In this document: piece by piece, positions 14,486 through 22,871 of the stretch
Layout: every line of letters starts with the position of its first letter
How positions within the stretch are numbered: the first letter of the stretch is position 1
Notes under the pieces: generated by a model
Seen by the model: only the letters and a program-made list of their open reading frames with translations
The model's database searches: none
What the model was told of the DNA's origin: nothing
Position numbers and translations under genes: made by a program
Virus record (IMG/VR): IMGVR_UViG_3300032332_000629
Span: 1-33,543 of that record
DNA: 33,543 bases
Direction: 5' to 3' (one strand)
Origin: a virus
Lineage: Duplodnaviria; Caudoviricetes

Positions 14486-16186
14486 ATGCCTCGAATCTCA
14501 TTGTGCGTAATCTGCGGGAACGAATCCGAGCACATCGCCGCAATGCTCAAATCGTTCGCGCCGTGCTTCGATGAACTCTCGCTCGTGCGAGCAATCGGCA
14601 AGCGCGAGCCGGACGACACGATGGAGCTCGCTGAAGTTTGGTGCGAAGCGAACGGCAAAACTTTTCTGCGCGCCGAGTATCGCAACGGATTCGCGGCGCG
14701 CGATTGGGACCACGTCGATTCGTTCGGTGCGGCGCGCAATCAGGCATTCCGGCAGGCAACGGGCGACTGGCTGATTTGGGCCGACTGCGACGACACATCG
14801 GAAGGCGCGGAAAAACTGCGCGACGATCTCGGCGCAATTCCCGCAGACGTCTCAATGGTGCGCTACGCCTACGACGTGCGCGGGAGCGGGAAAAAGCTTA
14901 TGAGGGAGCGAGCGATTCGCTCGGCAGCGTTTCGCGATGGGCGCGTCTGGCATCATGCCGTGCACGAAAACCTTTTGATTCTTCCCGGCGACAAGCACGA
15001 GGACCGGCACGCGTGCGTCTGGGTTCACTCGCCGAAGACCGTAAAGCGCGAGAACCGTCGGCGAAATCTGCGCATCCTCGGCAACAGCGTGATCGAGTGC
15101 GCAACGCAGTATTTTTACATCCACCAAGAGCACTATTGCAACCAGGACAAGCAGGCCGCGGAACAGTTCGGCAAACTCGCGCTGGGCTTCCCTAACCTGC
15201 AACCGTCGTTTCGATACGAGACGCTTCTCAACCTCGCGCGCATCTGCGGCAATTATCGCGAGGCGATGACGTATTGCATGGAAGCGCACGGCATCTTCCC
15301 GTGGTGCCGCGAGGCCATCGCCGCAATGATTCTCCTTCACTTCGAGAAACGCGACGCTCGGCGCGCGACATGGTGGGCCGACCGTATGCTCGAACTTCGC
15401 GAGCCAAGCGAAGCGGAAAGGCCGTGGACGCATGAGGCGAAGTATTACGGATGGGCCGGCTTCGACATTGCGGCTCGAGCGCACCGCATGGCGGAAAACG
15501 CGAACAAGGCGAGCGAGCTTCAACGCAAGTTTCACGCGGGAGTGACGCCGACGATTTCGCTGATTCACGCGACGCGCGGTCGCTCAACGAAGGCGGTCGG
15601 ATGCCGCGAGTCTTGGATGAACACGGCGGCAAATCCTTGGAACGTCGAGCACGTCTTCGCGGTGGATTCCGACGACAAGGAAAGCGCGCAAATGTCGAAG
15701 CAGTTTGTGAGCGTGCGCAGTGAGAAAAGGTCGTGCGTCGCGGCGTGGAATCTCGCGGCAAAGGCGGCGCGCGGAGATTTAATTGTGCAGCTTTCCGACG
15801 ACTGGTTACCTTCACCGAACTGGGACCTGAAGTTGCTGGACCTCGTGAAAGGACGCGACCTCGCGCGCGAGCAAATCGTGATCGCGGTAAACGACGGTCA
15901 TCGGCGCGATGACCTGCTCTGCATGGCGATTCTTTCCCGCGCTCGGCTTGAGGCGCAGGGCGAGCTTTTCTTCGACGGCTACGAATCCGTTTTCAGTGAC
16001 AACGAGTTTTCGGTGCGCGCGTTTGCCGACGGTGTCGTGGTCGATGCGCGCGACCGCATCACGTTTGAGCACGTCCATCCGGCATTCGGGAAAGCGCCGA
16101 TGGATAAAACCTACGAGCACAACAATTCAAGCGAACGCTACAGGGCCGGCAAGGCGTTGTTCGACGCTCGCAACCCATCAAAATGA
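14486..16186 (+). CDS. Double glycosyltransferase (GT-A/GT2, TPR-like linker, GT-A)
   Basis: 'ISLCVICGNE', 'FGAARNQAFRQATGDWLIWADCDD'; helical repeats; second domain 'ISLIHATRGR...AAWNLAAKAARGDLIVQLSDD'. Confidence 0.9.
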   Translation: MPRISLCVICGNESEHIAAMLKSFAPCFDELSLVRAIGKREPDDTMELAEVWCEANGKTFLRAEYRNGFAARDWDHVDSFGAARNQAFRQATGDWLIWADCDDTSEGAEKLRDDLGAIPADVSMVRYAYDVRGSGKKLMRERAIRSAAFRDGRVWHHAVHENLLILPGDKHEDRHACVWVHSPKTVKRENRRRNLRILGNSVIECATQYFYIHQEHYCNQDKQAAEQFGKLALGFPNLQPSFRYETLLNLARICGNYREAMTYCMEAHGIFPWCREAIAAMILLHFEKRDARRATWWADRMLELREPSEAERPWTHEAKYYGWAGFDIAARAHRMAENANKASELQRKFHAGVTPTISLIHATRGRSTKAVGCRESWMNTAANPWNVEHVFAVDSDDKESAQMSKQFVSVRSEKRSCVAAWNLAAKAARGDLIVQLSDDWLPSPNWDLKLLDLVKGRDLAREQIVIAVNDGHRRDDLLCMAILSRARLEAQGELFFDGYESVFSDNEFSVRAFADGVVVDARDRITFEHVHPAFGKAPMDKTYEHNNSSERYRAGKALFDARNPSK

Positions 16187-16803
16187 CACATCACGAAGGA
16201 TACCAAATATGCAAAGAAACGGGCGCGCTGAAATCAATCAGTCGCGAGATTACGGCGCACTACGACCACGCCTACGTTGCGCGATACGAGAATTATCCGC
16301 AGGCGGAACTTTCAAGGATTCGCGCCGAAATCGTGATGAAGCACGCAGGCAAATTCGAGAACATTTGCGACGTAGGATTCGGCACGGGCGCCTTCCTTTC
16401 CGAGATCGGCCACCGGAACCCGATGGCAACGCTTCACGGCTTTGACGTGTCGCCCTACCCGCCGCCGCACTTCGTGCGAATCGAGCCTAGCTGGCAGGAA
16501 AAGGAATGGGACGTTGTGACGTTCTTTGACTCGCTGGAGCACTTTGTGGACTTGCCCAAGATTCACGCGAAATTCGTAGTCGTTTCCGTTCCATGGTATG
16601 ACGGCATGGCCGACGAGAAATGGTTTTCCGAATGGAAGCATCGACGCCCGGGCGAGCATCTCTGGCATTTCAACTCGGTTTCGCTTTCGCTCGTATTTCA
16701 GCGCATGGGAATGCGCGAAGTCTACTGCGGCAATCCCGAGGACGCGATTCGCAAGGGCGACGGCAAGCGGCCGAACATCCTGACGGCGGTGTTCGCTCGA
16801 TGA
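16183..16803 (+). CDS. Class I SAM-dependent methyltransferase
   Basis: 'ICDVGFGTGAFL', 'DVVTFFDSLEH', 'EHLWHF'. Confidence 0.9.
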   Translation: MTHHEGYQICKETGALKSISREITAHYDHAYVARYENYPQAELSRIRAEIVMKHAGKFENICDVGFGTGAFLSEIGHRNPMATLHGFDVSPYPPPHFVRIEPSWQEKEWDVVTFFDSLEHFVDLPKIHAKFVVVSVPWYDGMADEKWFSEWKHRRPGEHLWHFNSVSLSLVFQRMGMREVYCGNPEDAIRKGDGKRPNILTAVFAR

Positions 16804-17513
16804 AAATCTGTCTCGCCTATCCGCAGCGCCTCGGCGACATCATCCGCATCCTGCCGATCGCGCGACACTTTGCAGCCGACGGCAATCGGGTGTTCGTCGA
16901 GTGCCTGCCGCAGTATCACGAGTTTTTCGACTGCGTGAGCTACTGCGTCCCGACGCTCAAGATTCAGCGCCCGTTTTTCGACTACGACATGATTCTTGAG
17001 CTTGAAATCTGGCCCGACCGTTTCGCGGATTTCGTGGATTCTGGCATGACGTGGCTGGACTACGTTTACGGCACGAACCCGTTGCTGGCCAAAATCGACC
17101 GAAAGCCTGTCTTCGATCTCATCGACACGATGCCAAGTCTGGCAAACTACGGTCTTCCGCATGACGTTAGCATCTTTTCCCCGTTTGGGTATTCCCAGCT
17201 CAACCGATACACGCTCAAGACCCTAGCGGAAGCGGCAAGGAATCGCATTTCAGGGCATTTCGTGACGCTGGCCGACCCAATACACGCAGATGCACTTTTA
17301 AAGGCTGGAATCGCAAAGGAAACCATTCTGACTGCGCGCCGTTCGTCGCATCTCCCGCGCTTGCTGCGTGACGCCAAAAGCGTGTTCACGATCAATTCCT
17401 CGCCGTCCATCATTTGCGGAGCCGTGCGAAAGGAGTTTTGGCACGTCCTGAGCGGCGATGCGCAGAACGACGCGATCTCACCAGCCTCGCGGATTGTGAC
17501 ATTTGACGCCTAA
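16800..17513 (+). CDS. GT-B glycosyltransferase (GT9/heptosyltransferase-like)
   Basis: ATG 16800; 'QRLGDIIRILPIARHF' N-terminal motif; 'AKSVFTINSSPSIICGA' resembles the GT9 'DSG..H.A.A' box. Confidence 0.7.
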   Translation: MKICLAYPQRLGDIIRILPIARHFAADGNRVFVECLPQYHEFFDCVSYCVPTLKIQRPFFDYDMILELEIWPDRFADFVDSGMTWLDYVYGTNPLLAKIDRKPVFDLIDTMPSLANYGLPHDVSIFSPFGYSQLNRYTLKTLAEAARNRISGHFVTLADPIHADALLKAGIAKETILTARRSSHLPRLLRDAKSVFTINSSPSIICGAVRKEFWHVLSGDAQNDAISPASRIVTFDA

Positions 17514-17515
17514 AT

Positions 17516-17833
17516 ATGGCCGTCCGCGACTTCGACCCAACCCAACTCTCGACCGACTTTGACGCGATTCTTTCGCAAGCCGGAATCACGTTCTCGTTTC
17601 TCGGCGCGAGCGTCACCGGCGTCTGGTCATCCTCGCGCGATGCGTTCGCCGACTTTGAGAACCAGCGCCGCGACGAGTCGAAGTTCACGGTTTTCCTGAC
17701 CACAAGCCAAGTGAGCACGACGCCGGCGCAGACTCAGACGCTCGTGCGCAACGGCGTCACCTACTTTGTCGAGCAAGTGCGATTCGATGCCGAGGGCACC
17801 GGCGTCGAGATGGACGTTTGCAAGGTGATATGA
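17516..17833 (+). CDS. Head-tail connector/closure protein (gpFII-like)
   Basis: 105 aa, beta-rich, 'TLVRNGVTYFVEQVRFD'; position. Confidence 0.7.
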   Translation: MAVRDFDPTQLSTDFDAILSQAGITFSFLGASVTGVWSSSRDAFADFENQRRDESKFTVFLTTSQVSTTPAQTQTLVRNGVTYFVEQVRFDAEGTGVEMDVCKVI

Positions 17834-18708
17834 ACTTCTCGGTCAAAGTGGACTCGAAGAAGCTGGAGTTTGCGCTGGCTCGGCTGGCCGATGCTGCGCG
17901 CGTGGAGCTGGGCCAAGTGATAAAACAGGAGGGTGGACTCGTCGCAAAAACGCTGATGCTGATCATCCCGCCGACTACCGGAAAATCGTCCGCAGGCTCT
18001 CCCAGCTCGGGCGGTATGAGCACGGCGGCTCGGCAACAGGGAGAAAGCGCAATCAAGGGCGATCTATTTGGCGGCAAGCGAACATCCAACGCGCGCTATT
18101 CTTCCGTCGGACTGTTTCAGCGCATCGGCTCATCGAGCCTCGTTCCGCCAAGAAACGGAGTCAGCGAGACGGTCGGCGTTCGCCTAGGCTGGGAGCAGTC
18201 CAAGAAGATTCGCATCATGTCGCGATTCTGGAAACCCGCTGCATCGGTTTCCGAGATGTCGTCGTTCCATCGTCGTTACCGCAACGCGCGCGGGCGCACC
18301 GGCAATGTTTCGCGCAGCGTCATCGGTCGCTGGCAAGTTCAAGACCAGATGTGGGTGCAAGACGCATCGGCGGATGCCTATTTCAACGTGTTGAAATCGC
18401 GCGTGGGATGGAGCAAATCGGGATTCTCCGCTGCTGCACTCGCTTGCGGGATTCGCGTTCCGGCTTGGATTCGTAGGCACGCGACGGCATCTGGCACAAC
18501 GTCGTTTAACTTTGGGCGCAACCCCTACATCGTTGGCACCGCGACAAACACGAAGATTCCCGACATCAATCGTTACGTCGACAACGCGATGGCCATTCGC
18601 GTCAAGGTCACGCAACAAAAGGTGGACCGAATCCTAGCTAACAAAGCAGTCAATCTCGGTTTCGCCAAAGTCAGCGGAGCAGGAAAGATCGAATACAAAG
18701 AACCATGA
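17830..18708 (+). CDS. Neck/tail-completion protein
   Basis: ATG 17830; basic protein between head closure and tail terminator. Confidence 0.6.
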   Translation: MNFSVKVDSKKLEFALARLADAARVELGQVIKQEGGLVAKTLMLIIPPTTGKSSAGSPSSGGMSTAARQQGESAIKGDLFGGKRTSNARYSSVGLFQRIGSSSLVPPRNGVSETVGVRLGWEQSKKIRIMSRFWKPAASVSEMSSFHRRYRNARGRTGNVSRSVIGRWQVQDQMWVQDASADAYFNVLKSRVGWSKSGFSAAALACGIRVPAWIRRHATASGTTSFNFGRNPYIVGTATNTKIPDINRYVDNAMAIRVKVTQQKVDRILANKAVNLGFAKVSGAGKIEYKEP

Positions 18709-19136
18709 GCACTCGCACCGACATTCGCAACGCAATCGGGGCCGCGCTGACCACGGCGGGCGTCGTCGTCACGGCCAATCTGATTCGCGGGCGAAACAAC
18801 ACCATCGCGAGCGTGTCATTTCCTTCTGCCGCGGTCTATGCGATCAACGAGCAAATCGAGGTGCGCACCATGCCAATTGGCCGCGGCGAGCAGTTCCGGC
18901 AGCTCCAGGTCATGGTTGATTATTTCACGGCGCAGACCTCAGCGACGATCATCGACGACCTGTTTGACACTGGCTCGGCTGCGGTAGAAGCGGCAGTCTT
19001 GTCAGACCCGACACTTGGAGGCGCGTGCAGGGACACGCATTTAACGTCCGTCGATTATGTGATTGAACCCGACGAAGACAAACGATGGGGCGTCGCTCGG
19101 CACACCTTTAACTGCATCTATCTAACCACCGAATAA
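18705..19136 (+). CDS. Tail terminator protein
   Basis: 'RTDIRNAI', 'AVEAAVLSDPTLGG', acidic; precedes the tail tube. Confidence 0.75.
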   Translation: MSTRTDIRNAIGAALTTAGVVVTANLIRGRNNTIASVSFPSAAVYAINEQIEVRTMPIGRGEQFRQLQVMVDYFTAQTSATIIDDLFDTGSAAVEAAVLSDPTLGGACRDTHLTSVDYVIEPDEDKRWGVARHTFNCIYLTTE

Positions 19137-19137
19137 T

Positions 19138-19524
19138 ATGGCCAACCAACTCGGACGCTCAGGCGTCGTCAAAATCTCCTCCACCACTATTGGCGAGTTG
19201 CGCAATTACTCGCTCTCGCACTCGTCCGACACCGTCGAGGACAGCGTGATTGGCGACACCTACCGCACGCGACGCGGCACCATGAAGACGTGGAACGTGT
19301 CCGGCTCTGTTTATTGGGACCCGATCGACGCCGGCCAAGTGCTTTGCTCGATCGGCTCGTCCGTGACCGTGAACCTTTATCCGATGGGCATCACGGCGAC
19401 CTCGACTTACTACTCTGGCGGCGGCGTGGTCACAAAGTTCGACATCACCGCGGCGTTCGACGGCATGGTCGAAGGCTCGATCTCGGTCGAAGGCAACGGC
19501 GCGCTCTCGACTTTGACAGTCTGA
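19138..19524 (+). CDS. Major tail tube protein
   Basis: 'GELRNYSLSHSSDTVEDS...KTWNVSGSVYWD...DGMVEGSISVEGNGAL'. Confidence 0.85.
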   Translation: MANQLGRSGVVKISSTTIGELRNYSLSHSSDTVEDSVIGDTYRTRRGTMKTWNVSGSVYWDPIDAGQVLCSIGSSVTVNLYPMGITATSTYYSGGGVVTKFDITAAFDGMVEGSISVEGNGALSTLTV

Positions 19525-19532
19525 GGTGACGC

Positions 19533-19856
19533 ATGGACGCAATCGACCTTGTCAGAGAACACTTCGCATCGCTCGGCACCAAGAAAATCGAGGTGCCCGA
19601 GTGGAAGCTCACGATTCACGCAACGCCCGTCACGCTCTCGGAAAAGAACAAGCTCTATCGAAAGAGCCGAGAGAATGACATGGAGTTGCTCGTGGACATT
19701 CTGATTCTGAAGGCGGCCGACGCCGACGGGAAGAAGCTCTTCGACATTGACCACAAACCGACGCTCTTGAACAAGGCTGACAGCAACATCGTTGCGCGCG
19801 TAGCAAACGCCATTATCTCGACGGAGGCGCCGACGGTCGAAGAGCTAAAAAACTGA
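19533..19856 (+). CDS. Tail assembly chaperone (gpG-like)
   Basis: Follows the tube; 'DADGKKLF'; ends at a slippery site. Confidence 0.85.
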   Translation: MDAIDLVREHFASLGTKKIEVPEWKLTIHATPVTLSEKNKLYRKSRENDMELLVDILILKAADADGKKLFDIDHKPTLLNKADSNIVARVANAIISTEAPTVEELKN

Positions 19857-20014
19857 TTCACGGCGGGGACGCTGCCGACTTCCTCGCCGTTTATGCGATT
19901 GCAGATCGACTCGGCAAATTTGCTCACGAAGTCGCAGCGATGCCGGCGCAAGAATTGAACGGCTGGCTCGCTTACATAGACCACCAGAACCAACTGAATA
20001 AACCAAATGGCTAG
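19847..20014 (+). CDS. gpT-like -1 frameshift extension of the tail chaperone
   Basis: A AAA AAC at 19847-19853; -1 frame open to TAG 20014 (LIHGG...IADRLGKFAHEVAAMPAQELNGWLAY). Confidence 0.85.
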   Translation, partial: KKLIHGGDAADFLAVYAIADRLGKFAHEVAAMPAQELNGWLAYIDHQNQLNKPNG

Positions 20015-21206
20015 CGCGACATTTCAACTTAGGGCGGCAGACGAGACGGCGCAGGCGTTTGCGAGCGTGCAGAACAATTTGCAGCGGCTCAAGAATACGT
20101 CGAATGAAGCCGGCCGTGCGTTGACCAAAAATCTCGACGTGAAAGACGCGATGCGGTCGATGGCGATGGCGCTTGGTTTGAGCGCAGACAAGATCGCAAA
20201 CAAGATCGCTGAATGGGTCACCGGACAAACCGAGGACGTGATAAAGTTGCAGGACGAATTGGTGAAGGCTGGCGACGAAGCCATTGCGAGTTCCGCTGCA
20301 TTAGCCAAAGCTCGAAATACCGATCTGCAAAACCTCAAGATGCTCATCAGTGAGGAGCAGCGTTTGCGCACTATTGCGTCCACTAAAGCAACCGATTTGG
20401 CCGGACAAGTTGCGGCTCAGAAAGCGGCAAATGAGTTGAGCAAGGTTCAACTTGAAATCCTGAAGGCGCAGAAAGCGGAAGACGAGCGTGTGACTGGATT
20501 GCACCAAGAAGCGCAGCGGATGCAGAAAGACCGATACGCAGTCGAATTAGAACTCAGGAAAACGCTCGGCTATCAGGTGGACAAGGAAGCTCTGCTCAAT
20601 GTCCTATACGATCAACGCGGGATTGCGCTGAAGCACATTCAGCAATCAAGCGGCTATGACCCTGCGATGATTGGTCAGCGTCTTGCCGCAGAAAGAACGC
20701 TGATTGATGTCACACGAGAAATCATTCCGCTTGAGCAAGAGCGCCGAAAGCTCGCCATGGATGCAGGCCAAGCCATCGCGCAGGGCTTTGAGGACGCCGC
20801 GTTGTCCGGCAACAATCTCCGCGAAGTGCTCAAGGGACTCACGCAGGACTTGCTTCGCCTGATCTTCCGTCAGCAAATTACGCAGCCGCTAGCCGGGGCG
20901 ATTGGCAATTTCTTCGCCGGCTTCCGCGCCGAGGGCGGTCCCGTTGGCGCGGGAAGTTCCTATGTCGTAGGCGAGAACGGTCCCGAGCTATTCGTGCCAC
21001 ACTCATCCGGCAGCATTGTTCCGAACAATGCGCTTGGAGGTGGAGGCGGAAAATCCGGCGCGGCCGTCAACGTCACATACAACATCGCATCCGGCGTTTC
21101 GCGCTCTGACCTCGTCCCGATCCTCGAACAAGAGCGCAAGCGGCTCAAGGCCGAGATTCCCGACATGGTGCGTCGCGGCGGCGCGTATCGCGCTGCGTTC
21201 GCATAA
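20007..21206 (+). CDS. Tape measure protein (short, 399 aa)
   Basis: Helical; C-terminal 'RAEGGPV...YVVGENGPELFVPHSSGSIVPN' TMP motif. Confidence 0.9.
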   Translation: MASATFQLRAADETAQAFASVQNNLQRLKNTSNEAGRALTKNLDVKDAMRSMAMALGLSADKIANKIAEWVTGQTEDVIKLQDELVKAGDEAIASSAALAKARNTDLQNLKMLISEEQRLRTIASTKATDLAGQVAAQKAANELSKVQLEILKAQKAEDERVTGLHQEAQRMQKDRYAVELELRKTLGYQVDKEALLNVLYDQRGIALKHIQQSSGYDPAMIGQRLAAERTLIDVTREIIPLEQERRKLAMDAGQAIAQGFEDAALSGNNLREVLKGLTQDLLRLIFRQQITQPLAGAIGNFFAGFRAEGGPVGAGSSYVVGENGPELFVPHSSGSIVPNNALGGGGGKSGAAVNVTYNIASGVSRSDLVPILEQERKRLKAEIPDMVRRGGAYRAAFA

Positions 21207-21217
21207 CGCTCAATCGC

Positions 21218-21799
21218 ATGGCTATCACATACCCGCTCTCCCCTCCGTCGCCGTTTCGCGCGAGTCGCTTGAGCTTTACCGGCGTCTCTGCTGTGTCGCG
21301 CAACGTCTCACCATTCACGATGCAGGTGCAGCAATACAATTGGCCGGGGCAGGCGTGGATTGGTTCGGTGGAATGCCCGCCGATGACTCGCGCCGATGCC
21401 GAGGCGGTCATCGCGTTCCTATTGGCGGCGCAGCGCGGCACGTTCTACTTTCAAGATTACGCGAACACGACCAACCGCGGCGGCGTTACTGGCACGCTCA
21501 CCGTCACGACCGCGACGGCCAACGGGACCACGCTGACCTTCGGCGGCGCCACCGGCTCGTTTGCGCTCGGCGACTGGCTGCAAATCTCGACCTCGCTTTA
21601 CAAGGTCATCCAGGTCAATTCGTCGTCATCCGTTGACGTGTTCCCGGCGCTGCGGTCGAGTTACGCGGCAAGCACGCCGATTACCTACGCGAACGCCAAG
21701 GGCGTGTTCCGATTGGCGTCAGCCTCGACCGAATGGTCAATCGACCTCGCCTCAATTTATGGCGTGAATTTTTCGATCATCGAGGACGTAGCAACATGA
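21218..21799 (+). CDS. Distal tail protein
   Basis: Follows TMP; 'SPFTMQVQQYNWPGQAWIG'. Confidence 0.75.
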   Translation: MAITYPLSPPSPFRASRLSFTGVSAVSRNVSPFTMQVQQYNWPGQAWIGSVECPPMTRADAEAVIAFLLAAQRGTFYFQDYANTTNRGGVTGTLTVTTATANGTTLTFGGATGSFALGDWLQISTSLYKVIQVNSSSSVDVFPALRSSYAASTPITYANAKGVFRLASASTEWSIDLASIYGVNFSIIEDVAT

Positions 21800-22449
21800 G
21801 CATAACAACCGCAGGCCGCACGATCTCGGCCGACATGGTGACGGAAGTCACGACCGCGCAGCTTTCGCCGATTCTAATGGCGTCGCTTGATTTCTCGACG
21901 CCGCTTTATCTTTGGACCGGCTACGGGACGCTAACCTACAACGGCATTGGCTACCTCGGGCTTGGCTCACTCGGGACCATTTCTCCGGTGCAGGAGACAA
22001 CCGACCTATCGGCGCGAGGCATTACGATGCAACTATCGGGCGTGCCGACCGCTCTCGTTTACGACGCGCTGACCGAGGATTATCAGGGCCGGACGTGCGC
22101 GGTGATGTTTGGCGCGCTATCTCCGACTGCCGGACTCATCTCGTCACCAGTCACCGTTTTCTCTGGCCGGATGGACGTGATGCAAATCAGCGACGACGGG
22201 CAATCTTCGCTCATCACGATGACTGCCGAGAACAAGCTCATCGACTTCAAGCGCACGCGGGAACAGCGATACACCGACGAAGACCAGCAAACGCTTTTCC
22301 CGACTTACGCCTCGATCACTTTGCCGGACCTCGGGCTTGAGTTTGTTAACGCCATACAAGAAAAAACGATTTATTGGGGCAACCAGAACCACACAAACGG
22401 CACGGAATGGAACGGAGGAGGCGACACCACTCCGCTCGGAAACGAGTAA
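21796..22449 (+). CDS. Minor tail/hub protein
   Basis: ATG 21796; 'LWTGYGTL...YLGLG', 'FSGRMD', 'RYTDEDQQ...D.GLEFV'. Confidence 0.75.
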   Translation: MSITTAGRTISADMVTEVTTAQLSPILMASLDFSTPLYLWTGYGTLTYNGIGYLGLGSLGTISPVQETTDLSARGITMQLSGVPTALVYDALTEDYQGRTCAVMFGALSPTAGLISSPVTVFSGRMDVMQISDDGQSSLITMTAENKLIDFKRTREQRYTDEDQQTLFPTYASITLPDLGLEFVNAIQEKTIYWGNQNHTNGTEWNGGGDTTPLGNE

Positions 22450-22868
22450 TGAAACGCGCTGCAAACTGGCCGACGCTGCTGACCGCCTTCATCGAGGAGC
22501 GGCGCGATGTTCCGTTTGCGTGGGGGCGTGCCGATTGCTGCCTATTTGCGGCCGACTGGGTGAGGCTGGCTACCGATCTGGACCCCGCGGCCGATTTGCG
22601 CGGCAAATACGATTCTGCGCGGTCTGGCGCGCGCTTGCTGCGCAAGCTTGGTGGCGTTTGCGGAATACTTTCAGCGGTGGGCGAATCTTACGGAATGGTT
22701 GAAATCACTTCGGCGCAATGCTCGCGCGGTGATCTCGTCGTGCACGACACGGGGCGGGGAGACGCAATTGGGATTCAGCTCGGGAACTGCTCGGCTTTCG
22801 TAGGACGCGACGGACTGATCTTCGCCCCGGTGGCGACGCTCAACGGTGCGCGGTGCTGGCGAATCTAA
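22449..22868 (+). CDS. NlpC/P60-like tail assembly protein
   Basis: ATG 22449; 'PFAWGRADCCLFAAD', 'RGDLV'; the usual catalytic His is not evident. Confidence 0.75.
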   Translation: MKRAANWPTLLTAFIEERRDVPFAWGRADCCLFAADWVRLATDLDPAADLRGKYDSARSGARLLRKLGGVCGILSAVGESYGMVEITSAQCSRGDLVVHDTGRGDAIGIQLGNCSAFVGRDGLIFAPVATLNGARCWRI

Positions 22869-22871
22869 AAC

